DNA from: Catajapyx aquilonaris
Lineage: Eukaryota
Direction: 5' to 3'
Length of the DNA stretch: 46,665 nucleotides
Assembly (NCBI GenBank): GCA_000934665.2
Contig: KZ538170.1
Coordinates: forward strand, 62,001-108,665
Below, in pieces: positions 21,201 through 31,372 of the stretch (its first letter is position 1; each line of letters opens with the position of its first letter). A program made the translations under genes and the position numbers. The notes below the pieces were generated by a model. That model saw only the letters and a list, made by a program, of their open reading frames with translations, had not been told where the DNA came from and ran no database searches.

Positions 21201-24200
21201 TTGACAGTGCACGGTATGGAGTTACAACTGGGCTGGTGCGACCAGCATAAAAAGTTTGGGGACAATAAACACATTCACATACACACACAAAAAAAAAGAC
21301 AGTACGCGACAGATAATCATTTTTGGAGTACGGGTTGGGAGCACAATAGAGTGTAGATTAGCGCTGAGGGGGGCCGCGTAAATGTGTCTGGTAATTACTG
21401 GTCTGGCCTAGTGTCATTATGAATTGTTTCGCAGGGAGCGAGGCTTGTTTTTTCATAGTTGGTGGCCCTGCTTGATTATTGACACTGGAAGCCGTGCGAA
21501 GTATTCATCCTAATATAGGATAATGTAGATTAATTTTTTTACGAACGCAACCGAGTGCGCACCACAGTTTACGCAGCATGCACGGTTGGAACTATCAATG
21601 ACGTGTACTGTGCTTCACTTATTTCCAACGCTACGTTTGGGGAAAAACAAAATGGCGGACGTTACCGACGCTGCCAAATCTTTGTAACGAACCGCAAAGG
21701 CTACAGGTGTGACTTATTTTTTTGGCCCCAAGGAGTAACTGTGCCAACGTTGTACTTGCGCGAGTGTGGGTGCGTACTCGGTTGCGTTCGTTTTTAAATT
21801 TTAAAAAATCCGAAAAAATTATCTATAAAAGTTAAACACTTCTAGTCCATGTTTCTGAATATAACCCATCCCAGCATGTGTATAAAAGTTGACGTGATGA
21901 AGAGTTTGATGCGAAAATGGCCTCCGCGAAACTAAACTATAAGCTCGTGCAAAAAAATATATAAACTCCCAAAAAAGTTTTTAAGCTCATCCCTGGCATC
22001 CTCTGTTTCCAATATTTTCCCATCGCTCTTCGCAGATGAAAAATTGATTTTTCGAGCCTTGAAGGATGATGCGAAAAAATGAATTTTTTTCCTGCTTTAC
22101 GTATTTATTATAGAACGACGGTGTTTTTTTTCTCTCTCTCTTTATCCAGTTCTCTCTATCGTTCCTGGGCGGAGAAGCGATGAATAGGTCAAATTGTCTA
22201 GCGTGATTTGAACGGAATTGGTTTTTGAGCAAAAGCGGGAACGACATCGGTTAGAATAAATTGACTACGAAAAGCGTGCAGCCCTGTATACAGAGTACTG
22301 GATAATTTGATATCTGAAGAGTGCAGAAAATATTGTATCCGCTTCTGCTAATCTCAGTGCCTGATAAATGTTCAAAATTTTATTAAAAATGTTTCTCAAA
22401 TGCAGATGTTCAAGTGGACACAGTTGCAAAATATTTATTGCGCTGCAGGTGTCTCATATGATCTGGGATTTGGGAAATTTGTAACAAAAATAGCTCAACC
22501 ATACACGCTTTCAACACCAAAATGTCATTCCTCGATAAATTATCCCTGGCTTAAAAATTCATTTTCAAATTGGCGGGGGAAAAGGGGGCGTGGACCAAAA
22601 GGTGCATTCCCACTCCTGCCTGACCACAGTGACGTCAGCAAACTGATGCACCTGTTTTACTGGCGGTCCGTTCCATCTCGTTGGTATTAGGTGAATCAAA
22701 TGAAACCTGTTATTGACGTGTGGAGCGAATACTGTTGAAACTTCCACCGCAGCTAGACAGTATCAATACCTTCTAAATGCATAAGTAAGAGATGTACTGT
22801 TCCTTAGTAATATGTGTATCTTCATTACAAAAACTAATTTTACGTGGGTTTGCAAAATGTAGGCTCGGACCCACCAATTCGCACTGAAACTGTACCTTCA
22901 ATACTAATATTACTGGAAACGTGGTGGGAAAGCTGTAATCCGACAGACAAAGAGGCGCCAGTGCCATGTTCGCCCAATCCCTGAATTGCTGGCCTGGTAA
23001 TCGCCTTACCACCCAGACGTCCCGATATAGAAGTGAATTACACATCGGACAGAGTATTACAGTGTATGGACAGGTTGACATTGACTGGAAAGGTTTGACC
23101 TGGCAGCATTATTTTGGCCCTGCTTCAGCACTACAGTTATAGTGATTTGAGTGTAGTAGCTTATTTCTAGTAGCCTTCAGTTAATCTGCCAAAGTACAGG
23201 GGGTACGAGGAATTCCCTTGTCCCGTTTCAGCCGCTTCTTTGCTCCCTGCAGGCCCACTGTACAGGATGCACTGCTCTTCGACAGCCAGTGGTGTGGCCA
23301 GCATGTACTCGTTCTCGGCCCAGCCCAGCGCTGCCACAACACCTGTGGAAGGGGCACGACCCACGACCCCGAGGCCACACATCCTCCTGGACGTGGACGC
23401 CCATCCTCAGCCCCAGCACCAGCAGCACCAGCAGCACCAGCACCCGGCGCACCATACACACACCCTGGCTCATCCTCACCATCACCATGCCTCGGCCTCG
23501 CCCCGGGGCCCAAGGAGGGCTGGAGCCACCAATGGCCCCGGGGTGTCCAGGACCCTGCCTAGGCCGCCCCTGCCCCGGGCCCCGCCTCCGCAGACATTTG
23601 CCCCGAGGCCGCCCCAGCAGACCCAGCATGACGGCCAGGGAGACCACAGGAGGAAAGATTCGGCCGCTTCCGGTCAGTTCCTCTTCCTCAATTTTAAATT
23701 TTTACTGTAACTTTCGTAGCACTTGTGCAAGCCAACGAATGTTATTGCGGCTTTGCCACGGCGAGATGCAGTCCCATGCATTCGGTCCACCCATTCGGAA
23801 GCGCCTATAGAGCCTAATTAAATTCACATTGATTCTTTTTTAAATTCAGTTACCGGTATGTTCATTAAAATGGCATTAATATAAACTAATTACACGATTT
23901 ATCTATGCTTTAGCCCGTTTGTATTTTTGAATTTTTCTGGGCACGTTCCACTCTCCATAGAATTTCTAAAGTGCTTTCATGACCTGGAGGTCAGTTTTTT
24001 CTTTCAGATTTAACCATTTTTTTAAATGGACTTGCTGCTGCTGCTCTCTCTCTCTCTCTCTTTTAAATGTATGACTGCCTCTGCTGGGACCGCACTTGAA
24101 ACGGTCCGACGCAGCCTTTGTCAACCCTTTCCCTGCATTGTTGTGGGCATCGATTCATGGCAATGCCCGCCCCCCGATTTATTTTAAAAAAAACTCAATT

Positions 24201-25866
24201 TGAGCGTGCAAAATCACCTTCCTGCCAAAAACTGCCCACACAAAAAAAATCAGCACATCCGTCACTAACCATTTATGCGGAAAAACTCTCCATTCACACT
24301 ACACTTTTTTTTTAAATTTGTCAGGTGCGAATTGAAATGACCCGACGATGTGCGACGATAAAACGTAGAATAACGCTGAAAATATGTATCCCCCCCCCCA
24401 AAAAAAAAAGTAGAAGGGGGTTAAAACTTCCGGCTCCAAGTTTTACAACCGGCGGCTAATCGAATGCCCTCTTTTTGAATTTGCGACCGTAACGAATTTG
24501 TAATGATATGCAGGCAAAAAAAAGGGGGGACTTGAAAATTACATATTCATCCAGAAGAGTTGAGCTGTAAGTCCTTCCGTGCCTGGAGTTGCAAAAGAGA
24601 TGGTAATATAACCGGAAGAAAGATGGCGAACGTTTCAGAAAATTACTGGTGGTGAAACCTGATTTTATTTCATTAACTAGAGTGAAAACTGGCCACGTAC
24701 GGCCCCTCCTACTGCCCCCTTTCCAGAAAACATACACTCTAGTACTTTTCTTCGCTCATAGATGTCGCATCCTCCCTCTCTGCACACTGCTGCCACTCTC
24801 AGTCATGTGGGAAGTAGTGGTACTAGATCTTGCTGAGAGATGATGACTCACCCCGGACATTTCGTTGATTTTTGTAATATTTGTCATCTCCAGTGGGCTC
24901 GATGGAACATACCAACAACCACGTGGGCACTTCGGGCAGGAGGGAGCCACCTCCGCCGTACCACAACGCTTCGTACGTCATAAGTCACCAAGAAGCTCCG
25001 CCGCCGCCAAGCAGGTATGCAAATTAGAAGTAATTTTAGACCTTTTGTTTGTCTTTGCCTGTTTGTTTCAGGCGCGTGAATTCATACTCTCTGGCTGTTC
25101 AGAGTGGCATAAACTGGCTTTGTTTATGTTCTAAAACATTGAACAACATCTAGTGTTTCGCACCCACACTCATAGCCATGTAACGTATACATTTTTGAAA
25201 GCATGTCTAAATAGACGTATCATTTGTGACAACAGAGAACCTATAATATTAGACGTAACATGGCTATCAGTCCAAAATCAAGCCTGGCCAAATTTCGCGG
25301 CCGTCTGAAATCCTGTGAACCGATGAAGCCATTATTAACACTCCCGACCCCTCAAACTATCAGCCACACTCGCCTTTATCGTAACGTGTTATCGCATTCT
25401 TCTCGGGCCCAGCCGATTCCATGCAGATGTCCTAAAAGGAGATCTGGGGAGGGCAAAATCCCGGGGATGCTGGGGGACGGAGAGGGTGGTTCCAAAATCA
25501 ATATGGAAACCTGTGACATCCATGGGATGTCAGTGTCCTCGGTTCCTATCTTTTAGACTAAGAGAGAGAGTCTTCTCTCCAGCAGCCAGCCAGCCCTCAA
25601 GTGCTTTTAATACCTGATGCCTCGTCTCCCTCGCAAGCATAACCTGATTAAAGGCTACAAGCTGCTCTCTGCTAAGCTTCTAATTAATCATCCATTCTGA
25701 AGATTCCCCCCTCAGCTTCATCTGGCCCATTAGAACAGCGAATAAATTTCTGATATGTGTGCTCGTGTTGTTTTCCAGGCAAACGGTGAGCAGTCCTCAG
25801 GTGGAACAACCTGGTCCATCCCTGCCCTGCGGAGACGAAACTCTTTACCGATCCACCAAGTTCTGA
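12282..25866 (+). CDS. Shisa-family (Shisa-like) single-pass membrane protein, 5'-partial; exons 12282-12450, 12513-12637, 23253-23672, 24894-25014, 25779-25866
   Basis: All junctions are GT-AG and phases match (1,2,1,1,2). Exon A encodes the Shisa Cys-rich domain EYCSGYTDGYGKWNTGFYCP..FCCGTPVFKFCC. Exon B encodes the TM helix plus juxtamembrane CFFCSCCLWYKKR. Exon C encodes GPLYRMHCSSTASGVASMYSFS and a His/Gln/Pro-rich tail. Exon D contains PPPPY. Exon E ends LYRSTKF*. The signal-peptide exon was not found in the window. Confidence 0.85.
13557..13690. repeat. Degenerate interstitial (CCTAA)n/(TTAGG)n arthropod telomere-like repeat
   Basis: Tandem CCTAA with variants CCTAT, TCTAA and GCTAA over about 130 bp, inside a Shisa intron. 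Confidence 0.85.
14125..14377. mobile_element. MITE family A, degenerate copy 1
   Basis: Begins GCGCAACCGAGCGCTCACCCACACTCGCGCAGC and shares internal blocks (GCCAGAGTTAC, GATAATGCCAACCGTGCA) with the copy at 15124. Confidence 0.7.
15124..15393. mobile_element. MITE family A, copy 2
   Basis: Terminal inverted repeats CGCAACCGAGTGCGCAC ... GTGGGCACTCGGTTGCG, about 270 bp, followed by a T/A tract. Confidence 0.75.
15774..15991. other. Assembly gap (218 N)
   Basis: Run of N, with poly-G tracts nearby on both sides. Confidence 1.
16370..16575. mobile_element. Near-perfect palindromic (foldback/MITE-like) element
   Basis: Arms AGGTGAAGTGGGG..GTGCACACCCGGGGTAAGTGCACATAT..CATATTGGAATGAAAATGGCTGACAACACCAAAACGCGTCAGCTATGTAGCT and their reverse complement, with a loop of about 9 nt. 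Confidence 0.75.
19409..19440. repeat. Short (TTAGG)n tract
   Basis: GG-TTAGG-TTAGG-TTAGG-TTAGG-TTAGT-TTAGG. Confidence 0.8.
21541..21791. mobile_element. MITE family A, copy 3 (opposite orientation to copies 1-2)
   Basis: TIRs ACGAACGCAACCGAGTGCGCACCACA ... TGTGGGTGCGTACTCGGTTGCGTTCGT, flanked by T tracts. Confidence 0.75.
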
Positions 25867-26118
25867 CCGGAGCCTCAGCCCGGATCGGCCATTTCCCTCC
25901 AGGATTACAGCTGGTGAGTAATCTGCTACTCCATTGTCCGCAGCCACATTGGGCTGGAAAAGGTTTTTGGTGGGTGGAATGGCCCCGGGAGATGCGGAGC
26001 TCCTATAGCACTTCTTGGGAGGATGAAAAATGCGGAGGTTCAATTAGGGGCTGGAAGCACTGATTGCAACGATTGTGGGTTTGAATTGAACCGGTAAAGA
26101 TTAAATCTTACATATATA

Positions 26119-26325
26119 CAAGGTGGACCAACTTCAAGTGTCGTTTTATAACGGCGATTAATAGCAGTCATTTTGCGATGACGTAGCAGCGACGTGTAAA
26201 ATGCCCCAGTTCGGCCAAGCTTCGGCGCCATCGAAGTAGGCCTTTTTACACGTCGCTGCTACGTCAATCTAAAGCGCTTCTATTAATAGCCGTTATAAAA
26301 CGACACTTGAAGTTTGTCCACCCTG
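26119..26325. mobile_element. Tc1/mariner-type MITE, 207 bp, TA target-site duplication
   Basis: TA|CAAGGTGGACCAACTTCAAGTGTCGTTTTATAACGGC ... GCCGTTATAAAACGACACTTGAAGTTTGTCCACCCTG|TA, with an additional internal inverted repeat TGACGTAGCAGCGACGTGTAAAA / TTTTACACGTCGCTGCTACGTCA. Confidence 0.85.
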
Positions 26326-27993
26326 TATAGCCTATAAAGAAGAAAGTGTGTTGCTATTTATGTATGTTGCGGCTATCTAACCCACTTTCATAGCCGGAGA
26401 GTTCTGAAATTGGGACGAAAATCAGCAGATGGCGCACGCTGCTTCTTTCCTAAATTCAGCGACGACATGACGGAATTATTTTAATTACAGGATTTGCGAT
26501 TCTGTATATTCGACTAGCCATACCGTATTCTCGCCATTTTTTTTCTGGCCATATGAATAAGCCATATCCATTAGGGACGCACTTTGACCACCGTTGGTTG
26601 GGGCTGCTGGGGAAACAAAGGAGAATAGAGGCGACAAATAACGCTGTTAGTCTCGGTGCAGCCTCTCTTTTTGTCATTTGCTAGTCAGGCCTAATGAGGC
26701 TAAAAGAGAAGGGGGCGGTACTTTACGTGCGTGAACCCTTTTTACGTGTGCATGGGACCTCTGCTTTTGAGACAGGTTGTAACTTCGGTGGGGAAAAAAA
26801 CATGATGCAAAGGTTGGTCGGTTCAAGAATATGTAATCTCACTAGCTGTAAGAAATAATTTATAAAGATACACACAATCTATAAATATTGCAAAAATCGG
26901 AAGCAAAATCTGCTTTTTTTATTAGTCAATATACAGGTTCAGTCTGTGTCCGTAATTTTTTTTTGCATGTGCAGTTACATTAAAATATAATTTAATGCAT
27001 AATTGAATTAGCCAGTGCTTCCTACACACGGTGCATATGTCAGCTTAATGTTGACATTTCCGTGACTGTATGATTAAAGTGACATCGGATCTAAAAATGA
27101 GCCGGATGTATACACTGTACAGTACATGTAGCATATGCGATGTAACTGATGGTAAATTAAATGCAGTTGGACCATATTCTGAAACGTGCAATTTATCTTC
27201 TTCCAGTCCTGTTCGACCCCATTTGAGAGACTCCTGGCGTCAATACGAGTGCTGAGGCGATTTATTTCTGGGACCGTGTCCGGTGCAGTGCATTATTTAT
27301 TTATTTTTAATCCGACCACTTTCCCGACACTGTGCCGCGGACCAAAACAAAAAGGATGCCATTTTCTCCAGACCACATCGTCGCCCCTGCTGGCTTGATA
27401 AATAATGGACATCCCCCCAACTCAGCCTTAACTGAAAGAGAGTCGACTCTTCTTTTTCCCTTGAAAACCCCCTACAAAAAAAAAATGTGCAAAAAAAAGA
27501 GAAAAGAAATGGACAGGAACAGTCATTTTTAGTGACCGGTTTTGTGCGGGACACAAACAGATGGAGGTGCTCGTCCTTTGTTTTTGGAACCATTTGACTT
27601 CCCCCTCCGGCGTCCTCACTTTTTCAAACATTTTTTTTTTCTGTCCAGGTTTTTGTGTGTTGGTGAGGTTAACGGACGCACAGTTGTGACGGAATGGCAT
27701 TTGTTTCCTCTCAGATTTTTCCCCCCCCAGCTTTTTGTTGGATGTGGACGAAATGGTGGCAGAAGAAAGGAAAAAAAAACACACACGAACGATTTGTAGC
27801 GACTTTTCTCACACAAACTGCTTTCATTTGGAGATTAGCGCTTACTTCGAAGGTTTCTTTTGTGCCCACGATGCATTTTGTCAGTAAAGTTGCTAATAAA
27901 TTAATATCCCCTTGGCTTTTGGAGCCCTATATCCTCGTTAGGTTTACAGGAAGACGAATATATTGGAACTAGAAAAGGTAAGTACCACCGTTA

Positions 27994-28097
27994 GCCCGAT
28001 TGCACCAACCGATATTACCTAATGGATCGTTAGGTGCCCTTTTAACGTGCCCTAACGATCTGTTATCAAATCGGTAAGTTCGTTGATGCAATCAGAC
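27994..28097. mobile_element. Short MITE, possibly PIF/Harbinger-like
   Basis: TTA|GCCCGATTGCACCAAC ... GTTGATGCAATCAGAC|ATA imperfect TIRs; internal GATCGTTAGG/CCTAACGATC inverted pair. Confidence 0.55.
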
Positions 28098-28142
28098 ATA
28101 AGAGTCATCTAAAGGACAGTTGTTATACTGTATTTTTTTACA

Positions 28143-28190
28143 AGCGCAACCGAGTGCGCACCACAGTTTGCGCAGCTTGCACTGTTGCCT
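28143..28190. mobile_element. MITE family A, truncated terminal fragment
   Basis: AGCGCAACCGAGTGCGCACCACAGTTTGCGCAGC, nearly identical to the left end of the copy at 21541. Confidence 0.7.
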
Positions 28191-31007
28191 GTTAGCTGGT
28201 AAGCTCTCTGAATAGTGGGTGTAGCTATTTCAATACGTTGTGTGCTCTTAATCATCTCAAATGGATCTCTTTAATTTCACATCTCAATCCCCCTGATAAA
28301 CAGCCTCATATTAGAACCTCCCCTCCTAAAGTGCTGCTGGTAGATTGACTTGGAATACATTGGTCTGGGAATTGTCAGATCCTTTCCTAAGTCAATAGGA
28401 GTGTAGTGGGAGCAATGATGGGGAAAAAGGTTGAAGGCAGAGAGGGAAAGGTTTGCTTTCTTTTTTTCCCCCCCTCCCCAATTTCTACACCCACTGATAG
28501 AGAAAAGGCGAGTGAAAGAGACAAAGGGATATATCCGACAGAAATGGTCCAGTACTTCTCTGGGAAAATGACCTGATTCGCCTTTTTTTTCTCTCTCTCT
28601 CTCTTGGGTTCTACTCGCTTTCATCAGTCTCATCCTGGAATTCGGATCGTTGACGCCACTTTTTTTTGTGCAAGCTGTGCGGAATTTTTGCGAACTAGTA
28701 GTGGTGATCCTGTAAGAGCTCTCCTGACATGTTCCAACCCCCAGATTCATTAACAACCCCCCCTCCTCCTCTCAGATTTTTTTTTTTACTGTTTGAAGGT
28801 AGAATTTTTGGGGCGAAATCTCCGTTCGTTTTTTTTGTGTGTGTGTCTGTGTGTGCGGACTGGTGGTATTGGAAACTCATTTCGGATGACCTTTGGTATA
28901 GATAACGGCATTTGAGTTACGCTTATTTGAAAAAGGTTGGCCCTTTTCTATTGAAGCCCGCGTCGTGAATTGGCGTGTGCAAAAATTTGGCGTAGTATTT
29001 TTTTGTTGAAAATAGCGAATTAAACATGTTCGCTAATCTATCTGTAAGATCATACAGGAATGGAATAATGAATATTATAATATATTATTGCGCTCTATAA
29101 CTGAAAATACGAGTATTTGTACTCAAAACTCAAATTTAAAAAAATCAAGGTGTAAATTGGTCAATTGGCGTATGCAAAAATTAGCGGAGATTTTGCAAAT
29201 ATCACATAAAACCTGCGTTTTAATCTCCCTGCTAGATCATACAGAAAAGGAATAATAAAGATTGCGTGCTCCATAATTGAACATTTTTGCACCGAAAAGT
29301 CAAATTTCTGAAAAATCGAAATGTAATTATAAATCTTAAATTCCACGTAGAATATATTTATTTAATAATTGTCCATACAATAAATATAACACAAAGAAAA
29401 TACAAAACAGATAACGTAATACAAAATTATAATTTCACAGAGATAACAAACAATCATACATAGGCCTACATCGCAAAAAGAGATAATACTGTACGTACAA
29501 AAAAGCCATGCAAAAGAGACGATTAAAAAATCATACAAAGCAGATAATATAAAAATCGTACAAAACAAAATATCATACAAAAATTATACAAAACAAAAGA
29601 TCATACAAAAATCATACAGCACATAAGTTAAATACAAAAAAAATCACATACAAAACAGATAGTGCAAAAATAATTGAAAGCAAATGATACAAAAAGCAGA
29701 AAATAAGTGACTTATACGAAATTTTCCTAAAGGAAGCAAGTTTTGCAAGTGTAGGCTAAGTACATATGGGAATCGGTACCGTACATATTAAATCATTACC
29801 AGTTGTACACAATGTTTTGCGATTATACATCAGTGGAAATCGGATCTTAGCCGAAAATTGGCCTTACCCAAACCCTTATTTTCAGTGCTTTTCCACATCA
29901 TTATTTATTAATCTCAACACCAGCCACAATACCCGTGATGTATATCCCCTGCAGGACGCATAAACTTAATATCCTTATCATACCCGCGAGAACATGCAAG
30001 AATAACGAGCTGGCTAGCACAAAATCGTAGCCGCCTAATCAGTGTCGAAAATTCCCCTGCAGCACAGACCACTAGAGACCTTTTAATTATTGCTGGCCTC
30101 CCAACTTTTTTTTTCTCCAAACAACTCAATTCGACTTTGCCCATATTGTGTCGCCACCATTTTTAATGTCCCACCCTGGGGACATGTATTATATATTTTT
30201 AAAACCCTGCATCTTGGCGAGAGCTATAAACCGACACAGCCTGTGTTTGTAGGCTAATTAAGCGGTGTTTTTTTTTATTTAAAGGAGGCCCATACTAGGC
30301 CCAGCTCACTTTCGGTTCAAAATGGCTTCCCGGGTCGCAAACAAATGGCGCACTTAGCGGTCATTTTGACGCTGAGGACCCACGTCTATCGGGCTATGTG
30401 CGTGCTACTATATACTCACACTTTTTATAGCCCTCTGCCAACCCCTTGGAGAGAGAGAGAGAGAGAGAGAGAGGAAAAGCAAAGGCGCCAGGTGGGTCCC
30501 AATTTTATCCTCGAGCCTTGTCAGAAAACATTAAAGTTTTAAGGTTTTCCCCTCGTTTGCCTCTTGCCCTAATGTCCCTTTCCTGGGGACAAATTATGTG
30601 TGCTTCACGAGCCCCTGCGACACCATACTATAGAACCTAAGCAAAAAAAAAGGGGGGGGGGGAGGAAAGTTTTACATAAAAAAGCTCGTCCTTTATAGTC
30701 TACTAGCTACTTGATCCTCTCAGCTATGTCGAACCCATTAAACTACGACTAGCATGTACTCACCATATGAGATCATACGCCCTAATTCCACGCAAAAGGG
30801 GACATTTAGGTTAAAAAATAATGTTTAAAAACCTTTTTTTTCATTGTTTTATAAACTATCATGTTAACCAAAATGCCCATTTCTGTAAGAAACCCTCACG
30901 AATTATCTAATATTGGTCAATACAGTTGTAGCCCACAAATACGCTCACCATATACAAAATTGGCTAGGCGTGACTCTGTCCTTAGACACACTGACTCATC
31001 ACCTAGG

Positions 31008-31372
31008 CAGGGAGCATATACTAACATAAGAGGCGCAAACTTCTGTCGGCGCCTTTGATGTCCGCGTCTCTCTGTTTGGTGCCGTTGTCAAGGCTGGCGG
31101 CCATTTTGAAGTGTGGGCAACGCCAACGAGGTATGAATAGGGTACAGGCAAAAATAGGGTCCGCCATCTTTGATGGTTTTGGCGGCCATGGCAACTACAC
31201 GGCAAGAACACGCGCGAATCAAAGATGGCGGATCCTTTTTTTTACCTGTACCCTATTTATACCTCGTTGGCGTTGCCCCCACTTCCAAATGGCCACCAGC
31301 CTTGGCAGCGGCCCCAAACAGAGAGACGCGGAAATCGAATGTTTGCGCCTCTTATGTAGTATATGCTCCCTG
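31008..31372. mobile_element. hAT-like MITE with long internal palindromy, 365 bp
   Basis: Termini CAGGGAGCATATACTA ... TAGTATATGCTCCCTG, flanked by the direct repeat ACCTAGG (31001-31007 and 31373-31379). The arms pair imperfectly for about 165 bp. Confidence 0.8.

Noticed and set aside
23167..23810. Six overlapping ORFs suggesting overlapping genes
   Set aside because: A GC-rich low-complexity exon lacks stops in several frames; only the GPLYRMHC frame fits the splice phases.
29360..29720. Hydrophobic Cys/Tyr/Ile-rich minus-strand ORF
   Set aside because: Translation of A-rich low-complexity DNA.
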